Part shown: piece after piece, positions 13,222 through 38,812 of the stretch | Layout: each line of letters begins with the position of its first letter | How positions within the stretch are numbered: position 1 is the first letter of the stretch | From: Pocillopora damicornis | Lineage: Eukaryota | DNA: 64,000 nt | NCBI RefSeq assembly: GCF_003704095.1 | Contig: NW_020844944.1 | Location: 744,001 to 808,000, forward strand | Direction: 5' to 3' | Program-made: the position numbers and the translations under genes | Notes under the pieces: model-generated | What the model was told of the DNA's origin: nothing | Database searches by the model: none | Seen by the model: only the letters and a program-made list of their open reading frames with translations

Positions 13222-14813
13222 ATGGTCAAGACACTTTGTATTTGTCAGATTTGTACGTGTGGGTAAGTGAAATATTTCTAAATTTTCATTTCCTATTCAT
13301 TATCGATGATTCTGTTTTGCCCATTGCTTTCAATCATCGCGGCGTGTTTTCAATGACTTTTGGTTTTACGAACATGAGGAGATGTCTATAATCGTAGCGT
13401 TTAACAGAATTATTTAGGAAATTAGAGGGAAGGTTTATTTTTATTTTTTTAATATTTAGGAGGCATCGATGCGCCCACAGACCCGAAGCAAAGACTCCAG
13501 TTCATCCATGTCGATTTACAGAGTATCAAGATCGCTACAAGAGACATCCTCTCGACCGCAGATTGCCGTTCAAACCAGAATACACGGTCAAAAACTCGTC
13601 CCAGCCGATGGACGAAAAAACAAATTATTCGACTGATTATGTCCCACATTCGTATGCCCCTCCGACAAAACGCGAAAAGGCCCCGTACATAAGGCCGCAA
13701 GGGCAGATGGCTGGTGAAAGCAGCTACAAACATGACTATCCCGGAACCGTGGTCCCTCCCGCTACATCTGCCAAGCCACTAGCAACGTTTCATGCTCATG
13801 AGAGTCCGTTTGACGGCAGTACAGTCCATCAAGATACTTACAGGCCTTGGGATTTGAGGCTGTGCAAGATGGAAAGTATGAAACCAGATGCCATGCCAGC
13901 GGCTCGAGATGGCAAAATGAATGGTAAAACCATCTTTCAAACCGACTACCCTGGATACTATTTGGGAAGACGTCCGCAGATCCGGCCGCCAGACTCAGAA
14001 ATCCGCGTGAATAAGGGTCCTATGGAGAGTGACACAACTACTAGGCTTGATTACACTAGAAAACAGGTTCTCCCAGCTGAATCAGCCAAACCTGTTGAGA
14101 AACGCCCCACTACCAGCCAACCTTTCAAAGGAAATACCACATTTATGGATGATTTTGCCTACAGAGGTGGCAGGCCTGCTTCTAGTTTCAAGCCAATTCA
14201 GGATGTCATCAAGTCAAATAAGCCATTTGAAGGAGACACTACCACAGGTGTGACCTATAGGCGCTGGGCGATTCCCAAGCGAGAAGTACGAGCAAAGGAA
14301 GCCTACAGACCACCAACAGCCAAGTTTTTAACCAACACCACTTTTCAGCATGATTACCCAAAGTGGGACATACCGCCAGCTGAAAGTGCCAAACCTCCAG
14401 TCACGTCATTTGCATCTGGCAAGCCTTTTGAGGATAGTACAACACATAAAGATGCATTCAAGGCATGGGAATTACAAGGAACTCAAAGGAGTGGCCGACC
14501 CGATGAATACAGACCACCATCTGGAAAATTCCATGGTGAATCCACAATGCGAAGTCACTATAGAGGGCAGTATGTACCTCCAGCCAAACCTGCCCGTCAC
14601 GATGCCCACAGGCCAATGAGTGGGGAGATGACAATGAATACAACCTACAAAGACACCTTCACTGGCGAACGACCTCATAGTTGTCCTGCACAGGGAATCC
14701 AGCAGTGGCAACCAGGCCCACAGAGAGGGTACTTCTACAGTCATGATAATCGGGGTCACAGTTACTATATGCCACTTTCTGAAACTGTGCAACCCCTTAC
14801 TTTAACAGCTTAG
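13222..14813 (+). CDS. SAXO1: Stabilizer of axonemal microtubules (SAXO1/2, FAM154 family); exons 13222-13262 and 13460-14813
   Basis: Spliced N-terminus MVKTLCICQICTCGRHRCAH is the FAM154 Cys motif; about 11 repeated Mn-type modules (T-x-[YF]-x-x-D-[YF]...S-x-K-P); canonical GT/AG. SAXO1 versus SAXO2 orthology cannot be resolved by eye. Confidence 0.9.
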
Positions 14814-17800
14814 ATTTGTACCACCAGCCAAAACTGAATTCAATTTTCATGTGATCAAAATTGTTCTTTATTCTGTCTGTTGCTGTTTTTTTATTTTTTA
14901 TTTTTTTTTTCGGTCAACAAGTAAACTTCTGTAGGATTTGCTGTTGGTTCAAATTATTTAATTAAGAAAAATAAATTTCTAAGATGTAAGTAAATGTATG
15001 GTACAAGAAAAGCAAAATCATGGAATATCTTTCATATAGCACTTACAATATTTTAATGTGAATTTTTTTCTTCAATTATAAACTGCTTTCATAGCAGCTT
15101 AGCAGTAGAAAAACATAAAATTTGAATTATAATTTAACGTTGCTACAAAATGAACACCCTTACTGTTTAATCCAAGCACCTAAATATTCCAAAAAAAAAA
15201 TTATGTGTACACTGTATGTTAAATTTGTTGCCAAGGGAAACAAAGTGGTGATATGAAACACAGCTGAATCTTTGTATTTGCTTTCAGCTGTTCAGGTAAT
15301 GGAGGCCCTATAATTGTTTTTATGTAAATGAGCTTTCTCATTTCCTAGAAATTTTCAATTTGAAGGTTCAGTGGTATCAGTTAGTGTTTGCACTGACTGT
15401 GCATGCAACAGTGTTGATGCCAGTAGATAAATACTACATGTACAAGTCTTTCAAGTATAACAAAGTCTCAATCTGTACTGAGGTTTTCTAGGTTGTGGCT
15501 ATATTCCCCACTCTAATCTGTATATTAATATTAGATTTTTAATTTAATGTTTTAAGTTTCCTCTAACAGTATAAGGTAATAGTTTAGTGACACTTGCATG
15601 TAACGTTTTCATTTCCATGGGCATAAAATGACCTTATTATCAAAAAAAAAAAATACATACATTACTTGTTCCTGGACTTTAAGTGCCATTAGGATCATTT
15701 TATCTTAAAACTCCATGATCTATTACCTGACTCATTAGCAAGAGCTTTTTTCTTATTCAAGCCATGCTCTTTTACAATAATACAATAATTGTAGTTACTT
15801 GATTTAATAGAAGTATCTCTTCAGACTCATCAGATGTTACACAGAGAAAAATTTCCATGCTGGTCACCTGCAAATATTTTTTTGCAAAAAAATATGCAGT
15901 TCTGCATATTACATCCCTAAAAGGCAGATTTTACAATGATCATGAAAGTGGACTGATGTTTTCCAAGGAAATATTTGGGATTTGAAGTTTGAAAAATTGG
16001 ATATATAATGTATGCAGGTGACCCATCCATCAGTACGTAATAAGAAGTTAGGCACTTTTTTTTTGTCCAGTGATCAAGATAAATATTCTCCTTGCTGTTT
16101 CAAGTACTCACTTTTACTTGTCTTACAAGACTTCAGTGGTATTTGTCGTATCAGAACATGTTGAAGTCTGATTGTTTCCTTAATTCTTGTTATTCCTATC
16201 TGTCCTAGGAGAAAACAGCTGATGATCAATTTGTATTTTGTGGAAAATAGTTTAATTGGCTTTGAGTGAAAATAGGATTTTGATATGACGAAAAGCTGTT
16301 CATGTGATGACAAGGAGAATTACATTGCACAACTAGATTAATTAAAATATTTTGTTAAGATCTAAGACTATCCATTTTACACCTAAAAATGTAATCTATT
16401 AATTAAAGTATGGTGTAAATAGTTGTACTCTCATTTTGTTATTAGTTGACAAAGATGTTTGGTCAGGCTTGTGCCACTGGGGAACCAACCACAATTGAGA
16501 TGATGCATTCCATCGATGACCAGCAATGGGGTATAGGTTGGCTCTCTACAGCCACATACTAGTAACAGATTATGGGTATTGTTTTGACAAGAACAGTCAT
16601 TCAAGAAAATGGAAAAAAAGTATCATCTCAAGAGACATTGCACATTCATGCCAGTTGCAATGAAAAACCATTCATAAGCACTGTTGCTTAGGTGACAGCT
16701 GCTGACTTCCTAGACTATTAGATTTGCAGTTCAATTGTAACTCTTAATATCTCAAAACTCTAATGAATGGAAAAGAAAATTGTACAAATCCATTTTATTT
16801 TTTGATCAGTCGAATAAAGTTAAAAATGCCCTTAAGAAGTCCAATTTCTTGCTGTTTTGGGAAGACAGTTCTGAACTGTGAACAAATTATTTGGACCCTA
16901 AACTCATGACAAAGACACTTCCTTGTAATAAAGCACATTAACATGATGAAAGGTTAAAGAGGTTTTCTCATAACATGGCTAGAAGTGACTGAGAAGCTGA
17001 TAAATTACATTACTTGGCAGCAAGTACATTTTGAATGATTTAAGACAAAAAAAGGAAACAAAACAATTACTTTTTCCAAAGACTTTTATTGTAAGGTACA
17101 ACTTTTTTTTTTATTATCACAATCTACATGAAAGGGTGAAGATTTTTAAAAACACTACTAGATGGAATGGAAATGGTGAAAGGATAACAGAATCTTGCGT
17201 ACACTGAGAAGCAAGACCTGAGCTTAGAACACATCAATTGACTCCAATGATCTGCTTGTTAATTCTCCCAACTAACTTTTACACATTTCCTCTCAAATCA
17301 ATTAGGAGAAATTTTTGTTAGATTAAGATAACTTCTACCTGATAAGTTTGAGTATTCTTATCACCTGTTTGTTGGATAATGTATTTATATTATATGGTGA
17401 AGTTACATGTTAATCACTTCTGGGGGGTTAACGGGTTAAAATAAAAGAACAATGAGTAAGTACCAAAATTGAAGCTCTCAGCTTAAAATACTGAGGTTCA
17501 AAATGCACTCCTAAGGATCATATAAATAATGAAGAAAAAAATGACAATACTACATCATAATCTTTTTTAGCAGCAAACAGTAGTCATATCTCAATTTTTC
17601 TCACCTTCATGGCCAAGATATGAGCATATAAGACAAAAAAAGAGCTTAATCTTTCTTGCTTCCTCTTTTTTTTCAAGAAAATTTGGTAGAAATGCTGCCT
17701 AAAGAAATGTATTTTATAACTGACTGCACCATTTGATTTTTCCAAGATGAATGCAAAATTTACAATGTTATGGGCATTAAGAGCAAAAAGGAAGGCACAA

Positions 17801-18496
17801 TTTGTAAAAATAGCAATGCTAAACATTTCTCTCCAATCCCAGATAAATTTCAAGCTTTCAGTCTAAAAATAAAGCTTGAAAATCAATCAAAAGAGAGGTA
17901 CCTCTAAACTGTCTTTAAACCATTTCTCTTTCAAAGGTAACTCAGTTTCAAAACAAGAGTAAAACCAAAAGCTGTCTTAACCCTGTAACTCCCAAGATCT
18001 GATTGTTGATTGGCAAGCAACCACTAAGTATTTTCTTGGTGAAAATTATAGCTGCCATCTGTGATTTTTATAGAAGGGGAAGAATAGAAAGAGGAAGAAA
18101 TTTGTACCAAAGGGGTGAGGGATAGTCAAAAAGAAGGAGAGGATGGGGTGGGGTCAATCCCCCTCTCTAAATCTAACATGATGGGTTGAATAAACAATCC
18201 CCAGCTTGTAATATAAACTCACTCTAATTTTATGAGATGCCTGCACTGTGGCCAAAGACAATCTCTGTCAAATCTTTTCTCATCAACATTAAAAAAAAAG
18301 GCCATAAACCAGTTAATAGAGATTTCAAAACAGAATTTCAAGGACCATAGGATAAAAATCAAATTTCAAAGAGTTTCATGTATTTACTGAATAAAAGTAT
18401 CAAGGGTGTTTTGTGATGAAATTCAGGTCAATATCATTTACTTCAAAGAGAGTAAAAGTCAGTTTTCATTGTGCAATAATATTCTTGTGCTCTTCA

Positions 18497-31975
<13,479 letters not shown>

Positions 31976-33939
31976 ATTTTTTCCCATAGTGCACGAGGAT
32001 TTTGGCAGAAAGCCCGGATAGAGAAGCTCGTTCCAGGTCACGCGGTGTCCATTTTGAAACGCAAGATGGCGATAACGGCTTAATGGGAATTAATTTGTAA
32101 GTACAGAAATTAATTGTGGTTGATATGGACAGTTTACTCAATTTATGGTTAAAGAACGAGAGAAATCTTTCTGCTCTTTCAAACTTCGGGAAGATTTCCA
32201 TATTACTCTGTACTATTCTTCGAAAAAGCTTTTGTCCCCAAGGTAATCTGTCAATTTTGTTGCTATTCTTGGTAAAATTTCCGCACAGCCCAATACTACA
32301 TTATGCGTTCAGTTCTTGGATAGAGAAAACAATGACAAAAGCAATACATAGCCTTTGGAAAAACAGATTTGTTTTACAATAGTACGGGGCTGTGCGAAAA
32401 TTTTACCCTATGTATTTTTAAGTCTACCTCATTTAAACTTTAACCACTAGAAGTGACTAAAAATGAACTTCGTTTTACAATATCATCACATTTTCAAGCA
32501 GGTGACAATATTGTTTGATTAGATACCAAATTCTTAAAACTTAAAGTCCCAGAGATGTTTAACTTGAGGAGAATTTACACAAGATCTTGAAATTAAGAGG
32601 CCGGGGCAAAAAATTATTACACTTTACTCAGACTTCCATCAGTTAGATAATATAACAAACAAATTTTAAATTTATTAATGATTAATTTTCTATTATCAAA
32701 CTTGCATCAGAAACATATTATAACAAACATATGTCAAATTTATTAATAATTCATTTCCTTTTATCTATTAAAACTCTAATAGACTGAAACAAACTAATAA
32801 ATTCTACTTTTGCAACAACTTTGTTTCCTGTGGTCATAATTTTGGGGAAAGACTGAAAAATGATTTTGTTTACAAATCAAAAGTCAGGTTTATCTGATGA
32901 ATCCATTAATGTCACTTGGAATACATGAATAGAATACCTATAATTTTTTTGCAATTTTAGAAATTATGTAGACTCACTAAAAATACAAAATTTAAATTTG
33001 ATCCTGTCCTTGCTGTATTTTTTGCTCCACTTTATGGCAAAGTGAAAAAAAATATTCTTATTGTGTCAGGTTGAGGATTTTTTCCACCAAATTAAACCCT
33101 AGGAAATACAGCTGTAGCAAAAAAGACAACAGATGCCTTTATTTAATGTGGTTATAATTATAATAAATGAACATGAATCTAATTATCTTCTCTCAAGATG
33201 TGAAGTCACTTTCAATTCTAGAGTCAAGCTATTATTACGAATTGTGACACGTCAACTGTCTTACAGCCAATCTTCCCCAGGCATTAATCAACAGAGCTCT
33301 CATATCATATTACTTTTACTGCCAAAAATCCATCAATTTCAATCACTTACACGAGAGAAGTATTTTGAGAAGATCTCTAAGACAAGGATAATCAATTACT
33401 AAGTACTGTACCTTGAAAATATTTTAAATTATACAACATTTAACCTTGTGGTTTAAAAGCTAATCCAAACTCTAAAATAATGACTTGAACATGAACAGCG
33501 ATAAATTACTGTAGAATATTGGATATTCTACTGAGGAAAAAAGAAGGTTCTTTGAACTGCATTACTCTCCAGTTAGCTTGGCTTTGTATTTCAGTGTAAT
33601 TTTCAAGGACTTTGTTTTATGAATTTCGAACAAATTGCTAAAAAAAACCGTTTTGGAAGGAAGGAGTATAAGACATCTTAGTAGAGAGTTTACAGTACTC
33701 AACATAAAGAATAAAGGAATGAATTAATGTCAGATTTCTGCAAACTGTCCCAACTTTCATTATAGGCTTCTATATTTGCTACTCTGGAAAACTTTCTTTA
33801 ACATGCAAGCCATCTGCTCATACATTTTAATTACCTAGACCAAGAACAGCCTTGTCCATCCCTGACGTATGCTGTTAAATCTGTTGTTCATGGCTGCCGT
33901 CACCAAAACAGTATTTTAATGGACAATAACTACAAATAT

Positions 33940-34138
33940 TTAACCCTCCAACCAAGAAAGAATGTCCTCCTACAATATCCATACAATCTCAAGCAGACAA
34001 CTGATTAAAATAAAGAGAAATATCAATTAGGGGACTACAAGTTGATCCAATACCAAATTCTCTAAACTAATATCTCAAGAACTGTATGGGAGACAGTAGG
34101 GAGAATTACTAAGGAGATCTTGGGAATTAAAGGGTTAA
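33940..34138. mobile_element. piggyBac-type MITE immediately 3' of the Rab stop codon
   Basis: TTAACCCT...AAAGGGTTAA; ends 4 bp from the stop codon at 34143-34145. Confidence 0.7.
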
Positions 34139-34142
34139 GAAT

Positions 34143-34576
34143 CTAGTTACTACAGCCACACTTTTCCTTCTCATTTCCATCTCCTGCTCGAATTCCACGA
34201 TCAAGATTATCCCCCAACACAAATGCTCTTTGCTCTGTCTGAGTGTCTTTAACATGTTTATTTACCAGCTCAGCAAGCATTGTGAAAGCCTCGGTGACGT
34301 TAAAAGAATCTTTAGCACTTGTCTCTATGAAAGGCATGTCATTACGAGCAGCCCACTCTGCACCACTTTCGGTGGAAACTTGACGATGTGAATTAAGGTC
34401 TGTCTTGTTGCCGACCAGAATCATCAAGACTCCTTGATTGGCATATGTTTCTACTTCATTCAGCCATTTATTGAGGTTAGAGAAAGTTTCTTTTCTTGCA
34501 ATATCATAGACTATCATAACCCCATGTGCTCCTCTGTAGTATGAGGATGTTATTGTTTTAAATCTTTCTTGGCCAG
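34143..34576 (-). CDS. Rab small GTPase (Rab1/19/30/43-like), terminal exon only; upstream exons not found
   Basis: Acceptor TTGCAG| followed by AGQERFKTITSSYYRGAHG, LVGNKTDL, ETSAK and a C-terminal CGCSN prenylation-type motif. Confidence 0.9.
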
Positions 34577-36141
34577 CTGCAACAAAATAAATATATATTA
34601 TTAGATGTTTCTGGTGTGTAGCATTGCTGAGGATTTTCATGAGTTGTGCCTACTTTTGTTGAGTCTGCAGGGCGAGCCAAAATACTTTCAATGAGTAAAA
34701 TTACTAAGCAATTTCACACATCAAAATGTTTAATAAGTTATTTATTATCTAACTGCTGCTAAGTGTTTCTGCTCATTTCTCAGAAGGCCAGAAAAGCAAA
34801 GGGGTTAGAGAAACATGGCAGATGTAGCAAACTAGTTAAACAGATTTTTTTTTTTTACAGTACAAAAATAACGAACTGTACGATAGCAGAGAAGATTTGT
34901 ACTCTATTCACACATTATTTGCTTTCCACTTTGTGCAGTTGTATAAAACATCAGAATACTGACTCCCAATTAAATATCAAGACAAAACTTCTGAATTATT
35001 GGTTCAATTTTGTGTTTTTTTTCTTATGTGTTAACAAAATTTTAAGTATCCAAACCAAAAATTTGAAATGTTGGTGGAATAAGATTACACAATAAGCTCA
35101 TTTATTCAAACACTTTGATTAGTTCTAAATAATGATCTTTTGGAGGACAGACACACAGATAACATCACCATTAACATCTTCAGCTCTTTTTTTAAAGAAA
35201 TATGAATAGATTCCATGTTGTTATCAGTCTGTACAGCAATAGACCACAGTAGAGGTCACAATGTCATGAGAACATCAGTGATACACTCAGCTGCTCCTGT
35301 GTGCCACTTTTTAGTCCTACCTGCATTTTGATCTATAACTGATTCAACACATGGTAAGATAGAATCCATTTGTCACTTTGAAACATGGAACTACTGTACC
35401 CATGTATATTTATGGTTTGTTTTCTTTAGAGTAACACAGGGTCTTGGGTAGCAAGAACAGTTTAAGAATTTTGAACTTGAATTTTTCAGGTTTTACCTTG
35501 ATTTATATAAACTGAAAGTCTTGCTTTAACCTCAAGGCTAAATCCATTTAAAAAATCCTCAAATTATTGCGATCAATGTGCAAATTGCCATGACAATTTC
35601 TATACTTACTAAAAACCGCTGTGGCATTGTACCAAAATCAAAAGAAACACCTGACCTTGCTTCATTTTTAGACAAATAGCCAAGACGTAGCCTTCACCAG
35701 AATGACAAATTTTCCTGTCATTGAAGGACACCAACAAACTCCCACACAGCCGAAATGTTTTAGAAACAATCCTTTAAGTGCCATAAATTTCCTTTTGTAA
35801 GTTGATAGCCTGGTGTCCTCTTATGCATAATTGTTCAAGAACTGCTTATTATTCACTAATATTTACCATCCATTGACGCACATTGTCCCCGATGATCTAT
35901 CAGATGACGAGAAAATATCACATTTGATTGCACGTAAAAGCCCAAATGGCTTATTTCTGCAGGTGCCTCGTCTTAACGATCTCAATTTTCTGTTCATACT
36001 TGAACTAAGATTTCCCCAGTTCTATCCAGACTTCTTACAAATGTCCTGTCTGATTTTTACTAAGACCAAATATTCACAATATAACTTTTGATATATGCCA
36101 GCCTGTCTGTGAATCACATATCTGACAACTGTTATCGTAGG

Positions 36142-36241
36142 NNNNNNNNNNNNNNNNNNNNNNNNNNNNNNNNNNNNNNNNNNNNNNNNNNNNNNNNNNN
36201 NNNNNNNNNNNNNNNNNNNNNNNNNNNNNNNNNNNNNNNNN
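36142..36241. other. Assembly gap (100 N)
   Basis: N run. Confidence 1.
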
Positions 36242-36495
36242 GGAATCGAACCTCAGACTTTCGGATTCCACGCTCCGATGCTCTTCCACTGAGCCACAGA
36301 GACTCAACGGTAAGCGAGGTCTCCGGCTATGAGCAAGTTCATATGACACGCGTCCTGCATACTGTTAGGATCAGTAATGTCAATAGCGTAATGTTTAAAG
36401 ATAGAAATAAGAGAGATGGTAAGTTTTGAGCTCGGTAAAGAAATAAAGAAAAATGTTTTTTGTCTTGTTACGAGCGTGGGACAAAGAGGAAATTC
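36242..36495 (-). repeat. tRNA-derived repeat unit (SINE/satellite-like) with Pol III A and B boxes
   Basis: Minus strand reads TGGCTCAGTGGAAGAGC...GGTTCGATTCC; a second partial copy lies at ~43650-43801. Confidence 0.7.
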
Positions 36496-36704
36496 TCTGT
36501 TTGTTCAGCTGTTAGTGCCTACTTCTTCGACGATGTCAAGGAATTTATTGGTGAAGTATCTTAATGCTAGAACCGTCTTTGATTTGCGTCTCAGCACGAA
36601 AACATCCCAAAATTTAAACTTAGGTCTACTAAGGAGCGCATAGGGGACTGGGCGGAGGATTTTGGTTGTGTTACACTATAATTTACCTGCCGCTCCCTCC
36701 CCCT

Positions 36705-36812
36705 AAAAAAAAACAAAACAAAACAAAACAAAAAAAAAAAAAAAAAACGAAACAAAACAAAACAAAACAAAAAAACAAGAAAACAATAATATTAATAATT
36801 ATAATAATAATA
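36705..36812. repeat. (AAAAC)n/poly-A and (AAT)n low-complexity tract
   Basis: Directly visible. Confidence 0.9.
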
Positions 36813-37221
36813 TTGAAAAAACTCTGTAGTATCCAAATGACCCCCCCTCATACGCAGTTCTCTTCATACCCAGTTTCCCTTTGTACCCGGCTGGACGGTG
36901 CCGGCGGGGCTACTCGGCTCGAGGGCAGACTTAATTTTTGTTCGTTTTTTTTTCTGTGCTTAAAATACGCCAGACCGCAGAAGGTTAAGTGAACACAGAC
37001 TGGTATTTGGCTAAAAATATCTAGAAATATTTAAGAGATAAGAAACCAGGTCAAAAGAAAAAACTCCAAGAAGTCTGAAATTAATCTGACTTTAAAGCAG
37101 GAGGAAATACTTCAGTGTAAGCCATCACGTAATTGTTTCACCTCGTGTTTTTTGATGATTTCGGTAGAAATTATTCGTATCTTTCTGTTTTAAATAATAT
37201 TTATCATATTACTGATTGGTT

Positions 37222-37370
37222 AGGTCAGGTTGTTCAAAGGATGGAAATCGCTATCCACTAAGTAAATCTTTATCCTATGGATAGCGCAACGCGTTTTGTC
37301 AAAACTTATCCGCTGCATACGGATTTTTCCGATTGATAACATTATTAGTCTTTTGAGCAATTGGACTCTG
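37222..37370. mobile_element. Short palindromic MITE (decayed)
   Basis: GGTTGTTCAAAGG ... CTTTTGAGCAATT imperfect TIRs with internal TATCC/GGATA motifs. Confidence 0.5.
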
Positions 37371-38212
37371 AATTAACTTAACAGCAAGGAGATTGACTAT
37401 CAAGAAAGCAGAAGTTTAATTGACGCATTATCACCTTAATCTTTTTATCGCATCCATAAAAATACTTTAGACACCCTAATCACATAACAAGTAAACATTT
37501 TGCGGGAAACTTAAGATTTTTGTTCTTAAGACACTGATAGCTTGAAAAATGAAAAAAATTGCGAAGTTATGCAATGTTTCGAGTATCATTTCGACATCAC
37601 TTTCACTCTCTGTGAAGAAATGAGAGACGAGCTAACTTCAGTTGTTTTCCGAACATTTACATTGATCAATTCATTCTAAGAAAATTATTAAAACATTGAA
37701 TCATAAGTGTCTTTTTAGCTGAGAAAGAAAATACAAAAACATTGGAATCATAAATGTCATTTTAGCTGAGAAATCTGACGCTAAGTTTACTCTAAAATAT
37801 TAAAAAAAACACTGGCATATCGAAGCAAAAATAACTGTGAAACTAGAGATATCTCTGATGTGTAAAAGCCAACTCCAAAACTAAATCTTTCGAGCTTGTA
37901 AGTGAAGTGAAGACTCAATCTATTGAATGTTAAGCGGTTGGTTAGAATTAGGGCGTTTTTTTTGGTTGAATGTCGCAATAGTAGAAACACAACCGATTAT
38001 GTATAAGGTCGACATCCCGAAAATTCCAAGGGTAGCTGAAGGTATTAACTGAATACTTATGGATAACTTCATGCTCGGAAAACGTAGATTTGCGAGTTAA
38101 AAATACAGCATTGGTTTCTTAGACCTATTATAGAGCAGAATGAAGTAAATCCTAGTTAATCTGGGATTACTTTGGACAGCTGTTCCTAAAGCGATAATTG
38201 CCTTCACAAAGG

Positions 38213-38812
38213 TCAAATTAAGGACATGCAATCACAACAAGATCGAATCCACTGGTTTACAACTTGCCAGATCTGTTTTCCATCGGATCCACACTTTCCA
38301 GTGTCGTACAAGATATCCACTATCACACCTCCTTGGTTACACTGGCCCTTCTGACTGAGGCAACTTCTGTCGTTTGTGTCGCAGATGATCTCGTTCAAGT
38401 AGCGCGGGAAATAAGCCGGTGATAACACTGTGACCGCTGACCACTCGGTGCATAGACGGCGGTGGCCATATTGATCGTGTGAGCCCTTGGTCCTAACGCT
38501 CGTGAGGTTCGTCTTAGGAAAGGGACTTGTCGGGCGTGACGTTGTTGTGGTGTTGGGTGCAGTTTGATTCAGTAGGTTGGGAAATTTTGCTGCGGCGTCT
38601 CTCGTGATTGCTTGATAGCGCTTGTTGAAGCTACCGTGGGTTTGCAGTTGTATCTCTAGTTCTCTGGTTGTCCTCGGTGTACATGCTGTTGATATGATGC
38701 CTCTTTGGGGGCTTGTTATGTTAGCGGTTGACGTGGAATTTAGTGGACGCGCTTCGATACAGCTTAGAAAGACACTGGTTGTTGCCACCGCTGAAATCAG
38801 TATTTTAAACAT
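38213..38812 (-). CDS. Secreted Trunk/PTTH/noggin-like cystine-knot protein, paralogue 1 (199 aa)
   Basis: ATG at 38812 just after acceptor CACAG|; signal peptide MFKILISAVATTSVFLSCIEA; GSFNKRYQAIT...FPNL; YFPRYLNEIIC; IRSCCDC. Confidence 0.85.
   Translation of the reverse strand: MFKILISAVATTSVFLSCIEARPLNSTSTANITSPQRGIISTACTPRTTRELEIQLQTHGSFNKRYQAITRDAAAKFPNLLNQTAPNTTTTSRPTSPFPKTNLTSVRTKGSHDQYGHRRLCTEWSAVTVLSPAYFPRYLNEIICDTNDRSCLSQKGQCNQGGVIVDILYDTGKCGSDGKQIWQVVNQWIRSCCDCMSLI

Noticed and set aside
13563-14813. Novel repeat protein
   Set aside because: The repeats are the known SAXO/MAP6-type Mn modules; the true start is in an upstream exon at 13222
14814-18496. Hidden gene between SAXO and TCERG1
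   Set aside because: AT-rich, only short ORFs; consistent with convergent 3' UTRs plus MITE remnants
36242-36305. Functional tRNA gene
   Set aside because: Truncated by the gap, embedded in a longer repeat that recurs at 43.7 kb, and no complete acceptor stem could be verified
36666-36992. Lys-rich or poly-Leu ORFs (also 10131-10388, 42627-42827, 51017-51247)
   Set aside because: Translations of microsatellite or low-complexity DNA
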